From an uncultured virus (IMG/VR IMGVR_UViG_3300021963_000039) (lineage: Duplodnaviria; Heunggongvirae; Uroviricota; Caudoviricetes): a DNA stretch of 20,000 bases. Of the stretch, positions 1 to 8,896 are shown piece by piece. A model generated the notes under the pieces. That model saw only the letters and a list, made by a program, of their open reading frames with translations. It had not been told where the DNA came from and made no database searches. Position 1 is the stretch's first letter; each line of letters opens with the position of its first letter. The stretch lies in the IMG/VR virus record IMGVR_UViG_3300021963_000039; one strand, 5' to 3'. Position numbers and translations under genes: made by a program.

Positions 1-592
1 AATATCTCTTAACGTAATCCAAACGTGTTTCTTTTGGATATTTAGAGAAGATGGTCGCAGCGATCAAAAGGTACATAAACTGCGGTGTTTCATATAGTTC
101 TCCGGTGCTGCGATCCTGTACCAGATACTTATCCGCAACCTGACGAAGACCGGCATAAGTGAAGAGATAGTCCCTATCGTGATTTATAAAAGACTCAAGT
201 TTCTCGAAATCCTCATCGGTATAAAAAGACAGGATCTCCTCATCATAAACTCCCATCTCTACACATCTTACGGTATGCTCCTTTACGGTTGATGTCTCAC
301 GTATTCCCCCGAAGATTTGCTTACGAATCGCAAACAGAAGAAGACGAGCAGCAACAAACTGATAGTTTGGATGATCCAAATCAATTAAATCAGAAGCGGA
401 GCGAATTAGAATCTCCTGAATCTCTGCGGTTGTAATGCCATCATAAAACTGAATGCCAGACTGCATTTCGACCTGACTTGCGGAAACTCCGGCAAGATCT
501 TTACATGCTTCCTCCACCATTATATGAAGTTTATTTAAATCCAGAGATTCGGTAGAACCGTTTCTTTTAAATACCTGTGTTCCGTTACTCAT
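1..592 (-). CDS. nrdA: Ribonucleotide reductase class Ia alpha subunit, N-terminal part with ATP cone (runs off the window edge)
   Basis: Not in the ORF track. Manual translation from ATG at 592: MSNGTQVFKRNGSTESLDLNKLHIMVEEACKDLAGVSASQVEMQSGIQFYDGITTAEIQEILIRSASDLIDLDHPNYQFVAARLLLF, later FTYAGLRQVADKYLVQDRSTGELYETPQFMY. Start overlaps the primase stop (ATGA). Confidence 0.95.
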   Translation of the reverse strand, partial: MSNGTQVFKRNGSTESLDLNKLHIMVEEACKDLAGVSASQVEMQSGIQFYDGITTAEIQEILIRSASDLIDLDHPNYQFVAARLLLFAIRKQIFGGIRETSTVKEHTVRCVEMGVYDEEILSFYTDEDFEKLESFINHDRDYLFTYAGLRQVADKYLVQDRSTGELYETPQFMYLLIAATIFSKYPKETRLDYVKRY

Positions 593-1560
593 ACTTTTTT
601 CCATTCGTTAAACTTTACTTTTGCTTCTAAACCTGAATAAGTATTTGATTCTAACATATTTTCCGGATCATAACCGGAAATTACAAGATCATTAATATCT
701 TTTTGTTTAATACTTGTGGGCCATATGACTACCTTATCACCTCTGTCGATGGTTTTTGAGATTCTGTTGACGATTTCTCTGTTACGTGGTTCATTATCAA
801 AAACCCAAATATAATCGCTCCAGCCAAACGACCTAATATCAATATCGGACCCACACATAGCAATAGCATTTTTAATAAATGTGGAGTCGAATGGTCCTTC
901 GACAATATAAACTGGTTTTTGGGAATCAATTTTTTCAAGTCCGTAAACTTTGGGAGCATCATCAACAAGCATTATGGTGATATATTTATTATAAGAAGAT
1001 TCGATTGATCTTCCCTGAAACCCAATCAAATTATTATCAACATCATACATGGGTATAATGATACGAGATTCATCTTTATCAGTATTCTTAAATGTATGTT
1101 TTTGTTGATTTACCCATTTTTTAAAGTTTTCGGCATAATAAAACTTCTCTGGATTGAGTTTTCTTTTCTCAAGATACTCTTTGGCAACAGGAACTTCTGA
1201 TGCCTTTGGTAGATCTATTTTTTTTGTAAACTTTGGTTTACTGAACTCAAACTTTGGTTCTTCTACCACAAAGTTTTTTCCGGTGAATCCTTCTTTAAAC
1301 TTCTCCAAAGTATATTGCTTATGAAGCATCGGGTCTATCTGTTTAAGAAAGTTATTAAAGGATAAACTTACTCCACAATTATGACACTTATAATTTGTGT
1401 TGTTCTTAATCTGGTACAAGTATCCTCTTGTTTTTGTTTTGTTCTTCTGGGAGTCGCCACAAATAGGGCATCGACAATTATAAAGATCTGCCTTAACTCT
1501 CTTGAACTTTTCCAAGCGAACCGAAACTAATCCAATATACTTGGAATCAATTAAATCCAT
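589..1560 (-). CDS. gp61: T4-like DNA primase (gp61)
   Basis: Zn ribbon CPICGDS...CHNCG; TOPRIM motifs VEGPFDS, FDNEPRN, KDIND; adjacent to nrdA as in cyanomyoviruses. Confidence 0.95.
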   Translation of the reverse strand: MDLIDSKYIGLVSVRLEKFKRVKADLYNCRCPICGDSQKNKTKTRGYLYQIKNNTNYKCHNCGVSLSFNNFLKQIDPMLHKQYTLEKFKEGFTGKNFVVEEPKFEFSKPKFTKKIDLPKASEVPVAKEYLEKRKLNPEKFYYAENFKKWVNQQKHTFKNTDKDESRIIIPMYDVDNNLIGFQGRSIESSYNKYITIMLVDDAPKVYGLEKIDSQKPVYIVEGPFDSTFIKNAIAMCGSDIDIRSFGWSDYIWVFDNEPRNREIVNRISKTIDRGDKVVIWPTSIKQKDINDLVISGYDPENMLESNTYSGLEAKVKFNEWKKV

Positions 1561-1574
1561 TATAAGAGGTTTTA

Positions 1575-1994
1575 TTACTTCTTGCTCTCTATTCTAACAG
1601 GTTGTGGGTCAGGAGTCAAGATGTCAATTATGACTGGAGACTGGGAAAGGGCAAATGAAATAAAAACAACGGCACCGAGTATCATCCAACGAAACTTTAC
1701 AACTTCATCAATTTTAGTTTCTAATCCATCTATTCTTTTTTCTACTTCTTTATGTTGAGATTTATTTTCACTTCTCATATCTTCAATTGATTTAGATATT
1801 GATTCATCCGTCTTCGAGCACTGGTCTATTTTTTCTTCATGGACCGCAAGCATTTTAGAAATGTTTTGACTGGTTTTACCCATGATCTGAATTGCTTCGT
1901 CTATTTTTCTCATCATGACCTCATAAGAAGATAAACGTTCTTCTAAGACAGCGAGTTTTGTTTCTGAATTTGTAGGTTTGTTATCGAAGATCAT
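1575..1994 (-). CDS. Coiled-coil protein with a C-terminal transmembrane segment
   Basis: Heptad-rich body followed by hydrophobic WMILGAVVFISFAL; late-promoter-like AATAAATA upstream. Confidence 0.75.
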   Translation of the reverse strand: MIFDNKPTNSETKLAVLEERLSSYEVMMRKIDEAIQIMGKTSQNISKMLAVHEEKIDQCSKTDESISKSIEDMRSENKSQHKEVEKRIDGLETKIDEVVKFRWMILGAVVFISFALSQSPVIIDILTPDPQPVRIESKK

Positions 1995-2057
1995 TTTTAG
2001 GAAATCTGAGGATTATTTGACTCTACAAAAACTAAAATCTCAAGTAGATTATATGAT

Positions 2058-2065
2058 TATTTATT
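2058..2065 (-). promoter_or_regulatory. T4-type late promoter (NATAAATA)
   Basis: AATAAATA on the minus strand in the intergenic gap above the ORF starting at 1994. Confidence 0.55.
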
Positions 2066-2079
2066 GGTTTTAGATTTAT

Positions 2080-2307
2080 TTAATTTTCTTTTTTAGCAAA
2101 AAACTTTCTATATCCGGGAGGCAATCTTCTCATAAGATTAGTTTTACGCCCTAATGGTTTAGGATACCCGGCAGTGGGAGATGGTGATTTCTCGCTATAT
2201 CCCGCCACTTCCGGAGTACTACCAGTATTGTTTGTGGGTGCCCCTACACTCATACCCTCTTCTTTAAGATTTCTAATAATCGAAATAAGTTTATCTATTT
2301 TATTCAT
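2080..2307 (-). CDS. Small hypothetical protein, possible internal head protein
   Basis: 75 aa ORF tightly packed in the operon; LKE|E motif followed by a G/P/T-rich disordered stretch and a basic tail. Confidence 0.65.
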   Translation of the reverse strand: MNKIDKLISIIRNLKEEGMSVGAPTNNTGSTPEVAGYSEKSPSPTAGYPKPLGRKTNLMRRLPPGYRKFFAKKEN

Positions 2308-2308
2308 A

Positions 2309-2680
2309 TTAGATTTTTTGTAAGTGAGAAAGGCAATTCTGATCTACTTCAATATCATGTATTTGAGTTCTTGGATATTCCGGAAATCTATTTAGAAAAA
2401 TTAAAAAACTTTTAATCGAAGACCAAAGATCTTTATCTAAACTATAAAACAATAAGGGTACTGTGGCATCATTAAACACATTAAAGAGAATGATAAGATG
2501 ATTCAATATTAAATGTGTTTTTAATTCTCCGGTATTCTTATATCTTTTTAATAATCTTTTTACATACCGTATTCTTTTCAAGTCAGCCTCAAAATCCTCC
2601 ATCGTCACAGATTGGGGATTTTCATAATATTTAATCGCAAATAATATATAATTATTCTCATTCAATTCATCAAATCTCAT
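2309..2680 (-). CDS. Conserved T4-like cyanophage hypothetical protein
   Basis: MRFDELNENNYILFAIKYYENP...HLILNHLIILFNVF, recognised as a conserved cyanomyovirus family of unknown function. Confidence 0.8.
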   Translation of the reverse strand: MRFDELNENNYILFAIKYYENPQSVTMEDFEADLKRIRYVKRLLKRYKNTGELKTHLILNHLIILFNVFNDATVPLLFYSLDKDLWSSIKSFLIFLNRFPEYPRTQIHDIEVDQNCLSHLQKI

Positions 2681-2686
2681 ATATTA

Positions 2687-3244
2687 TTATTCTGGGTATC
2701 TTGTGTCGTCATCAGCATCGTTAATAATGCTACTACCAGCAACTAATGTTTCGGTCTTAACTCTAAAATTGCCGTGAGCGTCGATATAAGTTGTAACACC
2801 AACCCAACCAGCATGAGTAGGAGCATACTTGCGAGCATTACCGGTTGCCGTATTCGCAACACTTACTTCCACGGTGCTTACGCCAACTACGCTGGTGAAT
2901 ACAGGGTTTGTGGAGTATCCAACGGTCTTGCGTTCTGGTGCTCTATAAACTGAATCGTGAAGAGCATAAATTGGTTCTTCCGAAACAAAATATGTCGTAC
3001 CGGAAGGAACAGTTGTAATACCAGTGACAATTCCTGCGGTAGAGGCAATTGAAATAGTTGTAGAAGTAAATCCGATTATAGACGCATATCCGTAAGTTGC
3101 TCCTAAACCAATAGTAATTACATCACTGGTTGTAATACCGGAAGTGGTGAATGTAACACCAGTACCAGTTACAGTTTTGGTGCCAAGATTGACGGCAATT
3201 GTGCCGGCATTATAAACTAAGTCTTTATTTCCCCAAAGAGCCAT
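2687..3244 (-). CDS. Probable virion structural protein
   Basis: G/T/S/V-rich beta-type composition, MALWG N-terminus, HAGWVG...RVKTETLVA C-terminal motif, perfect TATAAATA upstream. Confidence 0.7.
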   Translation of the reverse strand: MALWGNKDLVYNAGTIAVNLGTKTVTGTGVTFTTSGITTSDVITIGLGATYGYASIIGFTSTTISIASTAGIVTGITTVPSGTTYFVSEEPIYALHDSVYRAPERKTVGYSTNPVFTSVVGVSTVEVSVANTATGNARKYAPTHAGWVGVTTYIDAHGNFRVKTETLVAGSSIINDADDDTRYPE

Positions 3245-3277
3245 TTTTTTAACCTTGTAAATGTCTTATATACTGAA

Positions 3278-3285
3278 TATTTATA
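3278..3285 (-). promoter_or_regulatory. T4 late promoter TATAAATA
   Basis: Exact gp55 consensus about 35 nt above the ATG at 3244. Confidence 0.8.
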
Positions 3286-3316
3286 AAAAAAGGAGACCTT
3301 ATATTTGGTCTCCTTT
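3285..3316 (-). terminator. Rho-independent terminator
   Basis: AAAGGAGACC-AAATATAA-GGTCTCCTTT followed by a T run on the minus strand. Confidence 0.85.
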
Positions 3317-3334
3317 ATATTGATTTGTTTATAC

Positions 3335-3520
3335 TCAGGGAGTATGGTCGTGTGCTCCCTTATCTTTTAATACTTTTTGTACTTGAATAATAACGAAAGA
3401 GACAAGACCGTTGGATTTAACTGCGGGAACTGCTCCAAGAAGCTCAGAAAGAACAAGAAGAACTGTTGCGAGTGCAGCTTCATTTGCAAGCACCCAAGCC
3501 CAGATTACGGCTAAAGACAT
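3335..3520 (-). CDS. Small membrane protein
   Basis: 61 aa, hydrophobic; GAGG RBS and CTAAATA late-like element (3552-3558) upstream. Confidence 0.75.
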   Translation of the reverse strand: MSLAVIWAWVLANEAALATVLLVLSELLGAVPAVKSNGLVSFVIIQVQKVLKDKGAHDHTP

Positions 3521-3554
3521 AATGCTACCTCGGTGTAAATGTATCCTATCTTAT

Positions 3555-5072
3555 TTAGGAATATCCAGGTCTTCTATTTCTTTGACTAGCAGTTAGAGAT
3601 GGATGATTTCTATCATCTTCATCATCATGTAATTGATTTTCTTTTGGTTCTGGAAAAATGCGCTTCATACTTTTTGGATCGTTTTTCTCATCTGCTCTTC
3701 TTCCATAAGGCCCTCCCCTATGAGTAAAGTTTGTAGTTCCAGATAATTTTTTACCTTTTACTTTTTTTGGCATTTCCTCATCAATCACATCGCCTTCTGG
3801 TTCATAAGACATCTTAAGACCCATCGCCCTTAAATAATTTCTTCTAAGGTTATCTCGTGTCTTATTGGAACGGGGGTCATCTTCGCAAGTTTCTTCCTCA
3901 CTTTTCTTTTTTTTATCATCATAATCCATTTCTTCCTCTACTTTTACTTTTTCAGGAAGACCTTTGTGAGAAGTTCTGGCAAACTTTTTGAGTTCTTTTC
4001 TTCCCATTTTTGCCATTTGTTTTACGGCATCACTCGCATCAGGCATATTTCCATTAAGATATTCAATAGCCATAGCAGCAAGTTGTTGTTGATTTTGACT
4101 TACTGCTTTTTCCTGAAGAGAATGGACCTTTTTAAGAAACTTGGAATATCCGGTTTCTGCGATCATCTCACCCTCAAGTTCTTGATGCATCGTCAAGTCA
4201 TCTTTCGTTGAGGGACCATGAACTTTATAGTTATTTTTTTTTTTCGGTGGCATCGGTGTAATTTGTGGATTTTTACCTCCATTATCCTTTTCGCCAATAA
4301 ACTCAACTTCTTCTTTGCGAGTTGCGATTGCCGAACCAATTTTATTACGACGATTTATAAGATAATCATCAGTCTTATCAACTTTTCTGTCATTATTAAT
4401 ATCAGAATCTTCTTTACCAACAGGATCTAATCCTTTGCCGGCCGCCACACTTGCGGTTTGAGAACCCTTTGTTTTTTCACTTTCATTTGGTTCTGGACTT
4501 CCATAAAGATCGATCATTTCTATAGATGCAATATTTGGATTTGCACGAAGTTCATTTGCTTTTGAGCGAGTCGCCCATCTAAGATAGGAGTTTCCAGTTT
4601 TCTTATCCGTTACTCTCCACTTATAACTTCTCTCTCCAGCAACTTTATCAACTCGTCCAATCTCCTTTTTAATATATCCTGCTTTAAGTTCTTCAATATA
4701 TTCTTCATCAATAACTCTAGAAGGTTGCTCCACAAAAACGGAATAAAGTGCTCTGGCAACGTTCTGTGAGGCAAACTCCTTCATTTCTTTTACCTGATTA
4801 TCTCCCTTCACAATTTGGATTGCCCTTGTTTTAATTGGTAGATCATATTGCGAATTGCGAAGTTTTTCTATAACTGCTTGAATAAAGGCAGCAGGGTCCA
4901 AATTGGTATCCGGACCCATATCCTTTTTAACCCGATATTTAGAATCATGAATAGCTGCCCTTGCTTTTTTCTCCATATCTCCACCACCACCATCTACTGC
5001 TGGTCCTCCACCTGTACTTGCGGCAGGAGCAAACTTTCTTGCTGGCAAATCTTCAGAAATATTCCTTTTCAT
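3555..5072 (-). CDS. Large charged, largely disordered late protein (probable internal head protein) with a DUF3008-like segment
   Basis: 505 aa, K/E/D-rich; segment AVSQNQQQLAAMA...KELKKFARTSHKGLPEKV resembles DUF3008; LDPVGKEDSDINNDRKVD motif; CATAAATA upstream. Confidence 0.7.
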   Translation of the reverse strand: MKRNISEDLPARKFAPAASTGGGPAVDGGGGDMEKKARAAIHDSKYRVKKDMGPDTNLDPAAFIQAVIEKLRNSQYDLPIKTRAIQIVKGDNQVKEMKEFASQNVARALYSVFVEQPSRVIDEEYIEELKAGYIKKEIGRVDKVAGERSYKWRVTDKKTGNSYLRWATRSKANELRANPNIASIEMIDLYGSPEPNESEKTKGSQTASVAAGKGLDPVGKEDSDINNDRKVDKTDDYLINRRNKIGSAIATRKEEVEFIGEKDNGGKNPQITPMPPKKKNNYKVHGPSTKDDLTMHQELEGEMIAETGYSKFLKKVHSLQEKAVSQNQQQLAAMAIEYLNGNMPDASDAVKQMAKMGRKELKKFARTSHKGLPEKVKVEEEMDYDDKKKKSEEETCEDDPRSNKTRDNLRRNYLRAMGLKMSYEPEGDVIDEEMPKKVKGKKLSGTTNFTHRGGPYGRRADEKNDPKSMKRIFPEPKENQLHDDEDDRNHPSLTASQRNRRPGYS

Positions 5073-5081
5073 TTGATTAGA

Positions 5082-6275
5082 TTACTGATACGCTTTTCTA
5101 TGCTTATTTATGAAGTTTTTAATCTCTTCTATTTTTTGTTCTCTTAAACTTTTATTTCTATTTCTTGGAGCATGATACTCCGAAACATCTCTAATCCAAG
5201 ACTTAAACATCATTTCAGATTCTGTTACACAGATTAGATAATTTGTTCCTCTACGAATAATTTTTCCAACCAGACCGGTATTTAAATTTTCAACCAATTG
5301 CCCGATTTGAAATATTTTTTCATTCACATAATTTTCACGAAGAGACTTGAAATCTAACTTTGGAGCAATATCCCAGATATCCCAACTTTCTTTGATTCTC
5401 ATCGAACCACGAAGAATATCAAATAGTTCTTTTGCTTCTGATCTCTTTACATCAGGAGGAAGACCGGATCTAAATGTCTTAAAATCATTTTCCGCAGCGG
5501 CAAGTCTCATTCTTGATGCCGACATTCCTTCTACACCTTTCGCATCAGGATCTCTGTCCCCAGAAGAAATAATCTCAATATTATCAAATTGATATAGTTC
5601 CCCGTTATAATTATTGGATAATTTCTCAAACTCCTTTACTCTATCGGCACCACCCACAATTCTTACACCAGCATATCCATCATTATGTGCCATCCTTAAC
5701 ACATCAAAGATTGTTTTGGTATTAGGATCATTTACGATGTTTCCAGCGTGAGTTGGATAAAATCGCTGCATATAATCAATCTTTGTATCAGGATCTAATG
5801 GATTTTTCTTTTTATCCTGACTGCGTGATGGGAAAATTAGATATTGCCCGTCTTCATCCCCTGCAGCAGCATTTGCGGCAACATCCATAAGTTGCTGATG
5901 CCCTATTGTAGGAGGATTAAATCTTCCAAAAGCAACAGTTAGAGTTCCCTTTGTTTTTTCTACCGGAGGTGGTCCAACTTGCTCCGGTGCTACTGCTTGC
6001 TGTTGAGGTACTGGTTCTGCCGCTGGTTGTGGTTTGTTATTGTCGTTATAACTTGGAGATGGAATCCTTTTTTCGTGTTCTGTTTGATTAGGATCTTTTG
6101 CTCCTATTCTCTGTCTCTTATTATAAAATACTAATTCATTTCCAACAGTTTTAGCAACAAACTCCCCGGTTCTTGGATCTAACCATCCTCCATGCCCGTC
6201 AGTTCGCAGATTAAGTTTTTTAGCGTGTTCTTTCGCTGAGATTGCTTCGTATATAAACTGACGAAAAGATTTCAT
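5082..6275 (-). CDS. Cytidylyltransferase-family (HxGH) nucleotidyltransferase with N- and C-terminal extensions
   Basis: AFGRFNPPTIGH, GADR and GMSASRMR motifs; conserved cyanomyovirus gene near mazG. Confidence 0.85.
   Translation of the reverse strand: MKSFRQFIYEAISAKEHAKKLNLRTDGHGGWLDPRTGEFVAKTVGNELVFYNKRQRIGAKDPNQTEHEKRIPSPSYNDNNKPQPAAEPVPQQQAVAPEQVGPPPVEKTKGTLTVAFGRFNPPTIGHQQLMDVAANAAAGDEDGQYLIFPSRSQDKKKNPLDPDTKIDYMQRFYPTHAGNIVNDPNTKTIFDVLRMAHNDGYAGVRIVGGADRVKEFEKLSNNYNGELYQFDNIEIISSGDRDPDAKGVEGMSASRMRLAAAENDFKTFRSGLPPDVKRSEAKELFDILRGSMRIKESWDIWDIAPKLDFKSLRENYVNEKIFQIGQLVENLNTGLVGKIIRRGTNYLICVTESEMMFKSWIRDVSEYHAPRNRNKSLREQKIEEIKNFINKHRKAYQ
5105..5112 (-). promoter_or_regulatory. Late promoter CATAAATA
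   Basis: NATAAATA about 33 nt above the ATG at 5072, inside the 3' end of the upstream gene. Confidence 0.6.
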
Positions 6276-6508
6276 TTTTTATTGGTAATTTTTTTCTTAA
6301 TTATATTGTTTATGAGAATCTTATTGGATAGAATATACTGAAGAATACTCTTTCTCATTTTAATATATTTATTCTTTATGATTTCTTTTTTTTCTTTTTT
6401 GATTTTTTCATCAAATGAGAAGTAAAAATATTTCAGAAAATCACCAAATGTTAATTTCTTTTCGTTTTTTATAAACTCAGCGATATAATCATTTACAAGT
6501 TGTTTCAT
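6272..6508 (-). CDS. Hypothetical basic, K/I-rich protein
   Basis: 78 aa; stop overlaps the next start; AATAAATA at 6529-6536 upstream; very AT-rich. Confidence 0.6.
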   Translation of the reverse strand: MKQLVNDYIAEFIKNEKKLTFGDFLKYFYFSFDEKIKKEKKEIIKNKYIKMRKSILQYILSNKILINNIIKKKITNKK

Positions 6509-6553
6509 AGAAACAGCACATTATACCTTATTTATTCTTACAAAAAATACAAT

Positions 6554-6964
6554 CTAAATGTCTCCTTCTTCACGATGTTCGCTATAATACACATCGAAAA
6601 ATCCGGCTGGATAACGCTTCATCAGTTTATCAATATTAGTCTCAATTACTTCGTCAAAAGAAACATCAAGGGCAATACACGCTTGTGCCACATACCACAT
6701 CGTATCACCGAGTTCTTTAATCAGGTGAGTTCTGGTCTCATCATTCCAAGATTTACCCTGAAAGACCATTTTCTTTACAATCTCCAAGAACTCTCCACCT
6801 TCGGCATTAATACCGACAGAAGCGGTTAAAAGACGCTCAATATTAGCACCCTTTTCATCCAACTGAACCATACGATCTGATAGAGCAAGAAAATCTTTGG
6901 ACGCATCAGATGTTACTGCGTCTACAAAGTTCTGATACTTATTAAAATCTACTTTTTGTGCCAT
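6554..6964 (-). CDS. mazG: MazG nucleotide pyrophosphohydrolase
   Basis: AEGGEFLEIVKK...KELGDTMWYVAQ...NIDKLMKRYP; start reassigned to MAQKVDF (ATG 6964), just after the gp41 stop. Confidence 0.92.
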   Translation of the reverse strand: MAQKVDFNKYQNFVDAVTSDASKDFLALSDRMVQLDEKGANIERLLTASVGINAEGGEFLEIVKKMVFQGKSWNDETRTHLIKELGDTMWYVAQACIALDVSFDEVIETNIDKLMKRYPAGFFDVYYSEHREEGDI

Positions 6965-6965
6965 A

Positions 6966-8342
6966 CTAAAACTTAAATCCCTCGAATGATTTTTTTGGTT
7001 TGGTTTCTTCGTAATTATACTCCTCTTCTTGCCCGCTGTCAAGTATGTCTTTTTGTGCTGACTGTTCTACATCATAAAGTCTCATTTTGGCACGATCAAT
7101 ACCGACAACAAAACGCTTGAGGATTGATTTATCACCATAACGATTTTTTAACTGCTTTATCATAATTTGATTCAGTCCTTCTAATTCTTCGGTGCTGATA
7201 AGAGCAACAAGAAAGTCGGCAGTCGCAGGAAGTCCAAAAGATTCTGAAGTATCCGTGATTTCAACATCTGATGAACTAAAACCGCTACGTGTCGTCTGTG
7301 TGGCGCTGAAAATTGGAACATCGTGCTCCACAGCGAGACCACGAAGTTCTTCGGCAATTGATTTAATTATGCTATAAGAATTGATATTACTTCCGGCACG
7401 AAATCTAGATGACGCACAGATATTAATATAATCAATAAAAATAACATCAGGTCTGAAAGATTTCTTAAGAGAAAGTTCATTTAGAAGTGCCTTAAAGTGT
7501 CCGGAGTGTGCGGAGGCAGTTGGATACTCCTTGATAATTAAGGTTCCTTTTGTTTTTTCTGCGAGTTTAGATGCCTTATTAGTGAAAGTGGATTTTGGTA
7601 AATCTTCCAATTGATTAATAGCAACGTTTAGCATATTAGCGTCCATTCTTTTGGCAATTTCTTCTTCTGCCATCTCCATAGTAATGTAGAGAACATTTTT
7701 CGATTGAAGCAAAAAAGAAGATGCCATATGACACATCGCTAGAGTTTTGCCAACGTTTGTTCCGGCAAGAAAAATATTTAGAGTTTTATTTGGAACACCA
7801 CCATTCGTAATTTTATTGAAGAAATCTAAATCAAACTCAAGACGATTTTCTTTCTTATGATAATACTCATAGCGTTCTTCATAATTGAGAAGATAATCGT
7901 GACCGATATTATTATCAAAAGATACCGCTAGAGCATCAGAAAGAATACTGGGAATAGCGTCTCTACCTTTTTTCTCATTATTTCCATCGGCAATATGAAT
8001 CGATTCCATAAGTGCCAGATAAATTGCCCGGTCACGACACCACCTCTCGGTAGTATCCAGTATCCACTGACTATCTATCGGACTATCATTAAGTTTAGAA
8101 AGTAGTTCTACAATTTCCTTACTTTCGGTTTCTGTTAAATCCTTACGATTATCAATCTCAATATTGAGTGCTTCTATTGTAATTGAAGACCCATACTTAA
8201 CAATAAACTTAACAATTTCCTCAAAAACTATTTTTTCTACTCTTTGTTCGTAATATTCCGGTTGAATAAATGGAATAACTTTTCTGGCATAGTCTTCATT
8301 AAATATTAAGTTTTTAAGAATTGTAATCTCAAGTCGTTCCAT
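6966..8342 (-). CDS. gp41: T4-like replicative DNA helicase (gp41)
   Basis: Walker A AGTNVGKT, IKEYPT, Walker B IFIDYINI, SATQTTR, SESFGLPATAD, LKNRY; probable start MERLE at 8342 (track uses 8354). Confidence 0.95.
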   Translation of the reverse strand: MERLEITILKNLIFNEDYARKVIPFIQPEYYEQRVEKIVFEEIVKFIVKYGSSITIEALNIEIDNRKDLTETESKEIVELLSKLNDSPIDSQWILDTTERWCRDRAIYLALMESIHIADGNNEKKGRDAIPSILSDALAVSFDNNIGHDYLLNYEERYEYYHKKENRLEFDLDFFNKITNGGVPNKTLNIFLAGTNVGKTLAMCHMASSFLLQSKNVLYITMEMAEEEIAKRMDANMLNVAINQLEDLPKSTFTNKASKLAEKTKGTLIIKEYPTASAHSGHFKALLNELSLKKSFRPDVIFIDYINICASSRFRAGSNINSYSIIKSIAEELRGLAVEHDVPIFSATQTTRSGFSSSDVEITDTSESFGLPATADFLVALISTEELEGLNQIMIKQLKNRYGDKSILKRFVVGIDRAKMRLYDVEQSAQKDILDSGQEEEYNYEETKPKKSFEGFKF

Positions 8343-8350
8343 TATTTTAT

Positions 8351-8896
8351 TCAAAGATTGCTTTTATGATGCGGAACGTCAAATACAAAAGTAATTCTAA
8401 CGTTGTCGCCAATATTAACTGCCTTATGAGGTAGTTTATTATTAAACCAGAAGAGTGTTCCGGGTTCGACAATTATGGTTTCGTCCCCAACAGTATATTC
8501 GTATTTGCCCTGAATGGAAAGATGATATCTGTCTTTTGTAAGATAATAAGTTCCTTCGTCAATATGAGATCCCACAATTTCACCAACTGGAAGCGCCAGA
8601 AACGCACAACGTCGAAGTTTCTTAAAATACTTACTTAAGTAATTAAGAATCTCTGTATGTTTTTCATATGCCGGGGTTTTAATACATATTTCAGTATTTC
8701 CAACATATTGACCTTCAGTCTCAACTCCACCCACAATAAGTTGTAGAACATCCACAGTAACTGTATATTTTGTGGGGTCTAATTGTTCCGCATCTTTAAT
8801 ATTTTTTTGAGAACCCCAATCTTCTGGATGTTCCTTAAGTTGTTCTAATATTTTAGAGACATTTACATTAGTTTTTATAATGCGAATATTTTTCAT
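8351..8896 (-). CDS. Asp/Asn beta-hydroxylase-like 2OG-Fe(II) oxygenase (cupin)
   Basis: HxD (SHIDEG), RYHLSIQG, WFNNKLPH and RITFVFD motifs. Confidence 0.75.
   Translation of the reverse strand: MKNIRIIKTNVNVSKILEQLKEHPEDWGSQKNIKDAEQLDPTKYTVTVDVLQLIVGGVETEGQYVGNTEICIKTPAYEKHTEILNYLSKYFKKLRRCAFLALPVGEIVGSHIDEGTYYLTKDRYHLSIQGKYEYTVGDETIIVEPGTLFWFNNKLPHKAVNIGDNVRITFVFDVPHHKSNL

Noticed and set aside
729..968. Alternative-frame minus ORF inside primase
   Set aside because: Fully nested in gp61 with no recognisable features
6965..7042. N-terminal extension of MazG in the ORF track
   Set aside because: Overlaps the gp41 3' end; ATG 6964 gives a normal-length MazG
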